Positions 41,361 through 49,813 of a stretch of 64,000 nucleotides of DNA are shown in pieces (position 1 is the stretch's first letter; the number at the start of each line of letters is the position of its first letter). The position numbers and the translations under genes were made by a program. The notes beneath the pieces are model-generated. The model did no database searches. It was given only the letters and a program-made list of their open reading frames with translations, and was not told the origin of the DNA. This stretch comes from Acidobacteriota bacterium. GTDB taxonomy: Bacteria; Acidobacteriota; UBA890; WLXD01. Location of the stretch: the NCBI GenBank assembly GCA_965205505.1, contig CBDBHB010000009.1, positions 2,944,001 to 3,008,000 on the forward strand, read 5' to 3'.

Positions 41361-41412
41361 CGAGATTCTGCGACCGTCCACTCCCGTTAGCGATGATCTC
41401 GACGAAGAACCT
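41361..41412 (-). other. Lambda-like cos (packaging) site
   Basis: Minus strand reads AGGTTCT...TAACG GGAGTGGACGGT CGCAG, compared with lambda GGGTCCT...TTACG GGGCGGCGACCT CGCGG. It lies just upstream of terS. Confidence 0.55.
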
Positions 41413-41465
41413 ATAGCCCACCCCCACCCCTGCCGGTGGCCGCGCACGAAGCGATCGCCGCTTGA

Positions 41466-42952
41466 TCAAGATGTCACCGGCCGATGGTACTCATAGCCGT
41501 CGTTTCGCGTCTCGGCGTAGGGGTCTTCCAGGTCCGCGAACTCCTGCAAGAACCGCTTGCCGGCGTCGTCCAGGTCGGCGAGCGGTACAAGGTCGCCAGC
41601 GTCCTTCACTGCCTCGCCGCCGAGTAGTTCTTTCCAGTGGTCCGGCTTCGGCCTCGGCTTCGGTGGCTCGATCACCGTTGAACGTTGTCCATCGGTGGGC
41701 ATCGTTGACACCGGCGCCGGTGATGCTGGCGCGCTCGCTTGCTCCGCTTCCATGATGCGATCGCGATACGCTATCGCTTCGTCACACCGTCGCGCCATTT
41801 CCTGAGCGCTCGGCCTGGACGCGCCCCCTACCCCGCCGCTTTTTGCGGCTGCCTGTGGTGGTGAGTCACCCGGATGTGGCGGTTCCTCTCCGATCGGCCC
41901 GCCGCTCGGTTTACACGGATCGGCGCCCAAATCGCCGCCGGCCTCCTTGTCTCTCTCAGGCGCCCCGACGGACGGCGGCGGCGGAGCCTCCAGCGCAGCC
42001 GCAGCCGCGGCCGGTTTCCTCTGTTCAATGAAGGGGGGGGCGCTGTAGGCGCCCCCCTTCTCAGTTACTTGGTCAGTTAGGGGGACTGTGAGTCCGGGTT
42101 GGACTGCTTTGTGGACTGTCTGACCGGGTTGGACTCGGACTGTGAGTCCGGGTTGGCACGTGGGCCGCGGGCGCCCGATCGCAGCATCCAATACACGTTC
42201 GAGCGGCGCCCTTGGCTGCGTCCGGTGACTAGCTTCCCCAGCTTTTCTAGCTCTCGAATCCCGCGCCGGATTGTCCGCGACGAGACTCCCGCTTTGGCTG
42301 CCATCAACTCGAGAGACGGAAACGATTTGCCGGTGCCTTGGGCGGCGTGGCGCAGCAGCATCAATTCCACAATCTTCGCGCGCCATGATGTCTCTTCGTC
42401 GTCACAGATTTCTTGCAAGGCTGTCAACGCCCTGAACCCCCCCTTTGGCTCCTGCGGTGGCGGCGATGCCATCGCCATGGGCTCGCCGACAACCAGGCCG
42501 GCGGCTTGCAGCGCGCTCCATTCGGCGATTGTCTCGTCGAGTTCCTTATCCGCCGTTCGGGGTGCCGTGCGCCCCGATGCTGGCGGTGCCTCGTCGTGAT
42601 CGGGCACCGCGGCGGGAAGTGGAACCCAGCGCCCGGTGACGTAACGCTGCGGTCCGCGGCTCGTCGCACGTATGTAGCAAATCCCGCCGCTCCGCTCCGC
42701 TTCTGCAGCAGCGGCGGCGGTGCCGCCTGCCCTTTCAAGAACGTCGCGCTCAATCTCAACACCGCGCCGACGAATCGCGCGCGCGGCCGCCGGGCTCGGG
42801 CGGCTTGCCGCACGGCCTACGCGCCCTCGCGACCTGGGTCGCTCGTGCTGGTGCGCGTCTGCGCCTCGAGCCAGACCTCGATGTCGGCGATCGAGTATTT
42901 CACGAGGGCACCGACCTTCCGGTATCGGGGACCGTAGCCTCGCCAGCGCCAC
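41466..42952 (-). pseudogene. Phage-type replication initiator (HTH_36-like), probably frameshifted
   Basis: KIVELMLLRHA..TGKSFPSLELMA.KAGVS.RTIRRGIRELEKLG...RRSNVY. The C-terminal part appears in a second frame. Confidence 0.7.
42083..42156 (+). repeat. Three 20-bp iteron-like direct repeats in rep
   Basis: GGACTGTGAGTCCGGGTTGG at 42083 and 42137, and GGACTGTCTGACCGGGTTGG at 42113. Confidence 0.75.
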
Positions 42953-43038
42953 GTGGCGAGCGTCCCCGGCTTCACACCCAGCACCACAGCGGCGCGGCCG
43001 GTGTCGACGAGCTTTGTCATGCTTCGCTCCCCTGCCAT
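42817..43038 (-). CDS. AlpA/excisionase-like HTH protein
   Basis: AAVVLGVKPGTLATWRWRGYGPRYRKVGALVKY...IEVWL. Confidence 0.88.
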   Translation of the reverse strand: MAGERSMTKLVDTGRAAVVLGVKPGTLATWRWRGYGPRYRKVGALVKYSIADIEVWLEAQTRTSTSDPGREGA

Positions 43039-43103
43039 ACGGTTAGACAGGAGAGAAGTAGCAGACGCCGTCGGACGTTTGGCCCGAACTTCCGACGGCT
43101 GAT

Positions 43104-43577
43104 CTACGCCGATTCCCTGCTCTTTTCTGCAGCGTTGATCCGCTTCCGAAGTGACTCCTGGGCCTTTCGCATCTCGCGTCGATCAAATTGGTCAGGGATC
43201 GCCAGGCGCCCAACCCGGTCCCTGACTCGGGGAGTGTGTTCCCATTCCTCCAACGCATCGCAATGCCGACGGAATAGCTCGTGTGCCGCCGCGTTCGCTG
43301 AGAGAAACTGCCCCGGGTGATCCGCACGCAGTGTTCGGACCTCCTCGAGGAGGCGCACCTGCTGGTCCCGAACGACTTCTCGGCTCTTCGCCCTGCCAGT
43401 CTCGAAGGCGGCCAACCTCTTCGTGATTTTGCGTATGTACTTGTTGCCCAGTGCCGCCTGCCCGTCGGTGCCCTCGATCAGGCCTGGCGGGGCATCCCAT
43501 GGGGTCATCGCCGGTCCTCCATCAAGACTGTGTCCGGAACCTCGCCCCCCAAGTCCAGAGTCAATCGCTGCGCCCAC
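43104..43577 (-). CDS. Hypothetical protein between int and alpA
   Basis: 157-aa ORF co-oriented with the flanking genes, no recognised motif. Confidence 0.45.
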   Translation of the reverse strand: MGAAIDSGLGGRGSGHSLDGGPAMTPWDAPPGLIEGTDGQAALGNKYIRKITKRLAAFETGRAKSREVVRDQQVRLLEEVRTLRADHPGQFLSANAAAHELFRRHCDALEEWEHTPRVRDRVGRLAIPDQFDRREMRKAQESLRKRINAAEKSRESA

Positions 43578-43626
43578 ACGCTCGCTCGCCTCGCGGCCTC
43601 GCCGCGGCGCCGAGGTTCTTGTTGAG

Positions 43627-44862
43627 TCACCGTCGGTCGAGCGTCACAACATCGGCCTGACGCCCCTCCATCGCCGCGGCGATCCCGGCGGCGACCCGCT
43701 CTGCCGCTTCGCGCACCGGGTCAGCAGCCAGGTGTGCGTAGCGCTCAGTCGACGCAGCCTGGCGGTGGCCGAGTAGTTTGCCAACGAGCAGCAGCGAGAG
43801 CCCACTGCTCGCCGCCCAGGCGCCCACCGTGTGGCGCAGATCGTGGAGCCGGATGCCGGACAGCCCAGCTACTTCGAGCACGCGCCTCCACGGGAGGGCG
43901 AGGTCGGTGAGGTGGTTCCCTGCGTTCTGGCCGACGACCACCCACGGGTTGCCAGGCACGCGCGGGATCGTATCGAACACCGCCAGCGCTGGCGCCGTCA
44001 GCGGCATGTGGCGCTCGCCTGTCTTGGTGTCGGCCAGCCTAACCAAGGCGTGCTCGAAGTCGATGTCTTCCCAACGAAGCTGCAGAACCTCGTTGACTCT
44101 GCAGCCCGTGAACAGCAACAGCCGGAGCGCGGCGGCCGCGTGCGTCGAGACGGTGGTCACACGTCCGCCCACGCTGGCTAGCTCGACGCCCTCGCTCTCG
44201 AGCCTGGAGATCGCATCGCCGATCTTCACGAGCTCTTCGCTGCTGAGGTAGCGCTTCCTCGCTGTCTCCCTGTAGCGCTTCACGTCCTCGCTGGGATTCG
44301 TCCCGGGCCGACGGAGCCCCCGCTTCTCGGCAATCCGCATGAGCTTCGACAGCAGCCACAGGGCGCGGTTGGCGGCATAGGGCGTCCCCTTCATAGTTCG
44401 ATGGAAGGCCGCCACATCGTCCTCGGTGATCGCCGCTGGCCGGAACTTCCCGAATCTCGGAAGGATGTGCGCGTCGAGCAGCTGCTGGTAGGTACGCGCC
44501 GTCTTCGGCTTTCGGGCGGCGGCGATCTCTGCCATGAAGTCACGCGCAAGCTCGCCGAGCGTCGACGCTTGCCGCCGGCGTTGCCGGCGGGCCTCCACGG
44601 GATCCTCGCCGTCGTCGGCCTCGACGCGGGCTCTGCGTGCACGTTGACGCGCTTGCTGGACAGTCATCGGACCGAAGTCGCCCAGCTGCATCCACCGCTG
44701 GCGTCCTGCGACTTCGCAACGGAACACGAACGTCTTGCGGTTGCTCGGGTACACGCGCAGACCGAAGCCGCGGACGGCGTTGTCCCACAGAACGAAGCGT
44801 CGCTCGGTCGTCGGGTCGAACGGATACTCCGCCCGCTCACAGGCAGTCTTAGTCAGCTTCAC
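43627..44862 (-). CDS. Tyrosine integrase with arm-binding domain
   Basis: LWD..VRGFGLRV arm-binding domain, TGCRVNE, HDLRH and LLGH..AASTERYAH. Confidence 0.95.
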   Translation of the reverse strand: MKLTKTACERAEYPFDPTTERRFVLWDNAVRGFGLRVYPSNRKTFVFRCEVAGRQRWMQLGDFGPMTVQQARQRARRARVEADDGEDPVEARRQRRRQASTLGELARDFMAEIAAARKPKTARTYQQLLDAHILPRFGKFRPAAITEDDVAAFHRTMKGTPYAANRALWLLSKLMRIAEKRGLRRPGTNPSEDVKRYRETARKRYLSSEELVKIGDAISRLESEGVELASVGGRVTTVSTHAAAALRLLLFTGCRVNEVLQLRWEDIDFEHALVRLADTKTGERHMPLTAPALAVFDTIPRVPGNPWVVVGQNAGNHLTDLALPWRRVLEVAGLSGIRLHDLRHTVGAWAASSGLSLLLVGKLLGHRQAASTERYAHLAADPVREAAERVAAGIAAAMEGRQADVVTLDRR

Positions 44863-44924
44863 GCCCCGTCACCCCACACACACCGCCGCGTCGCCGGCCC
44901 GAGAACGGATAGTCATCCAGTCCG

Positions 44925-44946
44925 GCGGTCACTGAACGGTCACGCC
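44925..44946 (+). repeat. Putative integrase arm-type site, right end
   Basis: GCGGTCACTGAACGGTCACGCC, 20/22 identical to 12617-12638. Confidence 0.7.
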
Positions 44947-45078
44947 CGAAAGTACATTTCCGAGCATTTCCATCGAAGTGTATAGTTGGGCGTAGATACC
45001 TGCAACACTATGTGAACAAATGGAGTTATGAGAAATTTCCTACTCCCTATGGCGAATAAGGAATTCCCGGACGGAGGA

Positions 45079-45123
45079 ATTCGTAATCAGCAGGTCCGCG
45101 GTTCGAATCCGCGCGCCGGCTCT
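45079..45123 (+). repeat. attR: duplicated 3' half of tRNA-Thr
   Basis: ATTCGTAATCAGCAGGTCCGCGGTTCGAATCCGCGCGCCGGCTCT. Confidence 0.95.
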
Positions 45124-45143
45124 TTTGTTTCAACTAGGCGCAG

Positions 45144-47291
45144 CTACTCTCGCGACACCTCATCCGCCGGAGGGTCGACGAGCCGCACGGCCCACAGCCC
45201 GGAGTGGTAGTCGGCGAAGAAGATATTGCCCTTGAACGGCTGCGCCCCCCAGACGAGCGGGTGGTTCGGCACGAAGCCCTCGGGGTCGTACGACTTGAAA
45301 TTCGCGATCTCGCGTCCCTGTCGATACAGGTCGCCCATCAACTCGCCGGAAATGTCGACGATTCGCAGGCCGCCGCCGTAGTAGGCGACGTACATCACGT
45401 CGTCCTCGACCCAGATGTTGTGCGTGCCCACCTCGGGTACTTCGTAACGAGCGACCTCCTTGGGGTTGTCCCAATCGTCCCATTCGATGATGTGGATCCA
45501 GCCCTTGTAGCGCTCCGGCTCGCCCGGGTAGCCGGGGGTTCCCTCGCCGAACTCGGGGCGGCGCCCGGGAAGCCCGCGCCCCGCCTCGTCGCCCGCGATC
45601 ACATAGCGCTTCCCGGTGGACTTGCTGTGGTAGGGGACGGTCGAGTGGTTCCAGCCACTCGGATAGGTGTAGCTGCCGAGCACGACCGGATTGCGTGGCG
45701 ACCCACCCCTGCCGCCGCCACCGACATCGACGGCGACGACACCATCCACCCAGTTGGACGAGTAGGCGATGCCTTCCTCCACCCACACGTCGTGGATCGA
45801 GTGCGCGGGGGTATCCAGCTCGAAGCTACCGACGCGATGTGGGTCGGTCGGGTCTTCGATGTTGATGATGTCGTAGCGGCGCCCGGCCGAGAGCGCGTAC
45901 ACGTGGCTATCGTAGATGAAGACGTTGTGCACCCCGCCGGTCAGCTGGTCGTCGAACCGCGACAGCACCGTCACCCCGTCGGTCGGATTGGAGACGTCCA
46001 GGACGACGAGGCCGTTGCGACGGTTGGAGGCGCCCTCCCGGCTGATCACCGCGATGCGACCGTCCTCCGAGACCTTGAGATCGTTGACCGTGCGTGCGTC
46101 CACGAGCACGACGTCGACGATCCTCATATCGCTCGGGTCCGTCACATCCCAGAAGAAGGCGTGGCCCTCGGCTTGATAGGTGCCGGTCATCGCGTAATCG
46201 CGCCCGTCGGGCGCTTCCCAGACCCACAGGTCGGAGGTGAAGCGATCCCGCACCGGACCGTGACCGACCAGTTCGACATGGCGTCGGATGTCGCGCGGCA
46301 CGATATGAACCGTGCGCGCAACGGACCGGCCTCCCGAGGAGGAAGCGATGGTGTAATTGCCTGGACGGTCGGCGACGAAGCGGCCGTCCTCGGCGATCAT
46401 TCCCGATGGCGGCTCGCCCGCGCCGCGCTCGAAAGTACTGGCGCGGAACGTGTAGAGAACCGGCGCGTCATCGACGGGGCCGCCGTCGGCATCGAGGGCG
46501 GTCGCTTTGAAGCGGATCACGTCGCCGGTACGCGCCTCCGTCGCGCTGGCCTCGAGCGTCAGGTCGGTGACTGGATTGGGCTCGACGCCGATGCTCAGCT
46601 CGGCGGTCGCCTCGTCAGCCTCCACCATGACCTTTGTCCGCCCCTCCCGCACCAGCGTCAGGTGGCCGCGCCCGTCGATCGTCGCGATGCCCACATCGCC
46701 GGTCGAATAGCGCAATTCGGCATCTCTCCGCAGCGCGCCGTCGGCTCCGCGGGCCTGGACCTGCAGCCGGATCGTCGAGCCGGCGTAGAATCGCGCCGGC
46801 ACATCGACGAACCCGAGCTCGGTAATCGAAGTTGGGGCGATCGTCACGCGCACGCGCGCCTCCAGCGCGGCATCGGTGCGGGCAGCGGCGTCTGCTCCGG
46901 CGGTGGGAACTCGCACCACGATGGTGAAGTCGCCCGGCCGTCGCGCCTCGACCCGGCCATCCTGCTCTACCCACACGTCGCGTCGCGACATCGACAGAAA
47001 GAGCACCGGCACGTCCAGCGCATTGCCGGCGGCGTCGAGCACCGTGGCGTCGATCTGCGCGCTGTCACCGGCCTGTAGCAACAGCTCGGTCGGCTCAACG
47101 GTCAGCCGCGCCGGCGGGGCTTCCTGCGAGGGCGGCGGAGCGAGGAGCAAGCGTACGGAGTTGCTTGGAGCTGGCGCGCTGCCGGTGACCGTCATCAGCG
47201 CAGCCGCCAGTGCCGCCACGCCCGAGATCGGAGTCCTTCCCGTCATCGCTACCCTCCCCGCGTCAGGCCAGACGGTCCGCTCGGGTTTCAT
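45144..47291 (-). CDS. Secreted Ig-like (Big_2) plus LVIVD-repeat protein
   Basis: Signal-like segment, Ig-like repeats, then repeated LVVLDVSNP / HNVFI / HDVWV / GLRIVDIS units. The start position is uncertain. Confidence 0.8.
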   Translation of the reverse strand: MKPERTVWPDAGRVAMTGRTPISGVAALAAALMTVTGSAPAPSNSVRLLLAPPPSQEAPPARLTVEPTELLLQAGDSAQIDATVLDAAGNALDVPVLFLSMSRRDVWVEQDGRVEARRPGDFTIVVRVPTAGADAAARTDAALEARVRVTIAPTSITELGFVDVPARFYAGSTIRLQVQARGADGALRRDAELRYSTGDVGIATIDGRGHLTLVREGRTKVMVEADEATAELSIGVEPNPVTDLTLEASATEARTGDVIRFKATALDADGGPVDDAPVLYTFRASTFERGAGEPPSGMIAEDGRFVADRPGNYTIASSSGGRSVARTVHIVPRDIRRHVELVGHGPVRDRFTSDLWVWEAPDGRDYAMTGTYQAEGHAFFWDVTDPSDMRIVDVVLVDARTVNDLKVSEDGRIAVISREGASNRRNGLVVLDVSNPTDGVTVLSRFDDQLTGGVHNVFIYDSHVYALSAGRRYDIINIEDPTDPHRVGSFELDTPAHSIHDVWVEEGIAYSSNWVDGVVAVDVGGGGRGGSPRNPVVLGSYTYPSGWNHSTVPYHSKSTGKRYVIAGDEAGRGLPGRRPEFGEGTPGYPGEPERYKGWIHIIEWDDWDNPKEVARYEVPEVGTHNIWVEDDVMYVAYYGGGLRIVDISGELMGDLYRQGREIANFKSYDPEGFVPNHPLVWGAQPFKGNIFFADYHSGLWAVRLVDPPADEVSRE

Positions 47292-47385
47292 TGGTCGCCT
47301 GCTGGATCGGTGTGAAGGTCGATTGTATCCACTCGCGCCTCGATCGTCCCAGACAGCTGACGCGTTCATCGCTCGGCGGTCACCC

Positions 47386-47659
47386 AGCAGGCCGTGGTGA
47401 AAGTGTGGTGGGTCTGGCGACAGGGTCTTGCGAAGTGCAGGCAAGGAGAGAGGAGGAGGCGATGGGTACCCCATCGTTGACGAGGAACGACGCAGGATAC
47501 GCGCGCAACCCCTGTCGTCCGAAGGGTTACGGCGATTTGGGGCCGTTTGCGGCGTTGGCCTTCCTCGACGATGGCTAGGGCATCGCCTGTGTCAGGCCGC
47601 CTTGCATCTGGCCCCAACTCGCCGTAACCAGACCCACCACACTTTCACCACGGCCTGCT
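47386..47659. mobile_element. MITE (about 270 bp) with 32-bp perfect terminal inverted repeats
   Basis: AGCAGGCCGTGGTGAAAGTGTGGTGGGTCTGG ... CCAGACCCACCACACTTTCACCACGGCCTGCT, with no transposase inside. Confidence 0.8.
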
Positions 47660-47747
47660 AGCCGCGAGACTCAGAGCCACTTCATGATCTGCGTGCGACG
47701 GTCGGGGTTGAGATCGGAGGGAGCGACATCTCAAAAGCTCCTCCGCG

Positions 47748-49247
47748 TCAAGAGCGAGCGGCACGGGCAAGCGGGTTGAGAATCCCGAGCCGATCACGCA
47801 GCGGCACGACGTTACCCTCTGCATCGCGTAGCGGCCATGGCGGATCGACACCCTGGGTGAGCGGGGTTGCTATCAGCAAACCCAGGGCACTTGCCAACAA
47901 ACCGAAGAGATCCGCCGGCAGGGTTGGGAACAGCCTGCCGCTAACGAGCCAGGTCATGACTCCGGCGATCATGCCGGTAAGGGTGCCGCAACGATTTGCC
48001 TTCGACCACCAGATCCCAGCGATCAACGGCGCCGCCATACACACCAGGGTGATCGAGACAGCATCGAGCATCAGCGAGTAGATCGTCCGCACATAGAGCG
48101 CAATCGCGAGCGCCGTGAAACCGAATACAGGAACCGCAAGACGTGCCGTCATCAAACGTGTCCGATCGCTGACCCCGGGAAAGAAGAAGGGCACGACGTC
48201 CGAAGCGACGATGCTCGCCGGTGACAGCAACGCGCTGTCGGCGCTGCTCATGATCGCGGCCAGCAGCGCCCCGACAAAAATCGCCATCGCGACCGGATGT
48301 AGGTAACGCATCGCCAACTCGGGGACGACGAGCTCCGGGTCGAGCAACCCCGGCAACGCGATCGCGCCGGCCATGCCCAAAAAGACAGGGATCATGCCGA
48401 TGGTCAGATAGCCGATCGCAGCCAGATAGGCAGCGTTCTGGGCAACAGACTCATCACGACTCGACAATGTTCGTTGCAGAATGTTCTGACTCGGCAAGCT
48501 CCCAAGACCGACGATCGCCCAAGCTCGCACATAATGAAGCCAAGAACCGAGGTCGTGCTGTCGCGGAATCAAACGGAAGCTGCCCTCGGGCAACGCTGCC
48601 ATCACGACACCAACGCCGCCGAGATCGCTGATGACGATTGGCAGCAGCAGCACCAAACCTGCTGTCAAGATCAGGACCTGAGCGAAATCGGTCAGCGCCA
48701 CCGCCCACATCCCGCCCGCCGCCGTATAAATCAGGACGATCACGGTCGCGATCAGAACTCCCATAGTGGTCGAGATCCCTACAAGCGCATGTAGGATGTA
48801 GCCGAAGGCAAGCAGTTGCGCTCCGGCCCAGCCAACGTTGGTGGTACAAATCGCCACCGCCGCCAGCATGCCTGCGGTATCACCGTATCGGCTCTTGAAG
48901 AAGCCTACGACCGTCAACAACCGCAGCCGGCGCAGCATACGAGCAAAGAACAGACCGACCAGAACGAGCACCAGCGCAGCAGCAAAAGGAACTGCGATGA
49001 CGCCCAGAAAGCCGTCTTCATACGCGGCGCCGGCGGCGCCCATCACGGTGCCAGCCGACATCCAGGTCGCCACCAGCGTCGACGTACAGAGCCACAGGGG
49101 AAGACGGCGTCCGGCGACGACGAACTCGTCGGCGCTCCCGACACGGCGCGCAGCGACAACGCCGATCACCAGCATGCCAAGAAGATAAAGGCCAACACCG
49201 GTGAGAAGGATCTGTTGATCGCTCAAGGTTCCGGGTCCTGGCACCAC
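47748..49247 (-). CDS. Sodium:solute symporter family transporter
   Basis: FVVAGRRLP, YTAAGGMWAVALTDFAQ and AAIMSSADS motifs, about 13 TM segments. Confidence 0.93.
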   Translation of the reverse strand: MVPGPGTLSDQQILLTGVGLYLLGMLVIGVVAARRVGSADEFVVAGRRLPLWLCTSTLVATWMSAGTVMGAAGAAYEDGFLGVIAVPFAAALVLVLVGLFFARMLRRLRLLTVVGFFKSRYGDTAGMLAAVAICTTNVGWAGAQLLAFGYILHALVGISTTMGVLIATVIVLIYTAAGGMWAVALTDFAQVLILTAGLVLLLPIVISDLGGVGVVMAALPEGSFRLIPRQHDLGSWLHYVRAWAIVGLGSLPSQNILQRTLSSRDESVAQNAAYLAAIGYLTIGMIPVFLGMAGAIALPGLLDPELVVPELAMRYLHPVAMAIFVGALLAAIMSSADSALLSPASIVASDVVPFFFPGVSDRTRLMTARLAVPVFGFTALAIALYVRTIYSLMLDAVSITLVCMAAPLIAGIWWSKANRCGTLTGMIAGVMTWLVSGRLFPTLPADLFGLLASALGLLIATPLTQGVDPPWPLRDAEGNVVPLRDRLGILNPLARAARS

Positions 49248-49318
49248 ACCTGGTTCTTGGACGAGGTCTTCGTCAGGTCAGATACCGCGATCATCCAGCC
49301 CACAGAGGAGCCGCCGCC

Positions 49319-49765
49319 ATGAGCGAAAGTGAAGTCAAGCCGCAGGTCGTGAGCGAAGGCGACGTAAAGATGGTGGGGCCCGGCCACGTCGCCAGCCACT
49401 ACATCTCCGTTCCCATCAAGCAATTCTTTCGGCTGAAGAACGTCGGCAACATCGGTGTCTGTCACATGGAACCGGGTGATGAAACCTGCGTATTTGCCAT
49501 CGAAGAAGAAGACGATGGAACGGCGCCGCACCACTATGGCCCCTGTGACGAGTTCTACTACATCCTGTATGGCGAGTTTACGGTTTGGTGGGGAAAAGAC
49601 GCCGCCAATCTGGACGAATTCTACGAGCTCAAAGAGGGCGACTGCGCATACTATCCGACGGGCTGGAAGTACAAAGTGAAGAACACCGGGAGCTCACCGG
49701 GCAAGTTCTTCTACTACATGTCATCACCGCGCAGCGGCGTTCAGCGGCTCGACAGTGTGACCTAG
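49319..49765 (+). CDS. Cupin-domain protein
   Basis: HHYG.CDEFYYILYGE...LKEGD..YYP.G..Y.VKNTG. Confidence 0.85.
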   Translation: MSESEVKPQVVSEGDVKMVGPGHVASHYISVPIKQFFRLKNVGNIGVCHMEPGDETCVFAIEEEDDGTAPHHYGPCDEFYYILYGEFTVWWGKDAANLDEFYELKEGDCAYYPTGWKYKVKNTGSSPGKFFYYMSSPRSGVQRLDSVT

Positions 49766-49798
49766 CAGGCCCGCCACACTTTCACCACGGCCTGCTAG
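49762..49798. repeat. Collapsed MITE footprint flanked by CTAG
   Basis: CTAG CAGGCC CGCCACACTTTCACCACGGCCTG CTAG, the same end sequence as 47386-47659. Confidence 0.7.
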
Positions 49799-49813
49799 AG
49801 AGTGAGTTAGAGG

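Larger units (their letters stand above)
12547..45123. mobile_element. Integrative element (decayed phage or phage satellite), about 32.5 kb, inserted in tRNA-Thr
   Basis: 45-bp direct repeat (12547-12591 vs 45079-45123, 1 mismatch), tyrosine integrase next to the distal copy, and a 22-bp arm-type repeat at both ends. Confidence 0.9.

Noticed and set aside
42083-42156. Possible mini-CRISPR array
   Set aside because: The spacers are only 4-10 bp, no cas genes are present, and the repeats lie inside a rep gene. No CRISPR array was seen anywhere in the window.
45204-47078. 624-aa plus-strand ORF
   Set aside because: It is the antisense shadow of the LVIVD/Ig gene in high-GC DNA and has no motifs.
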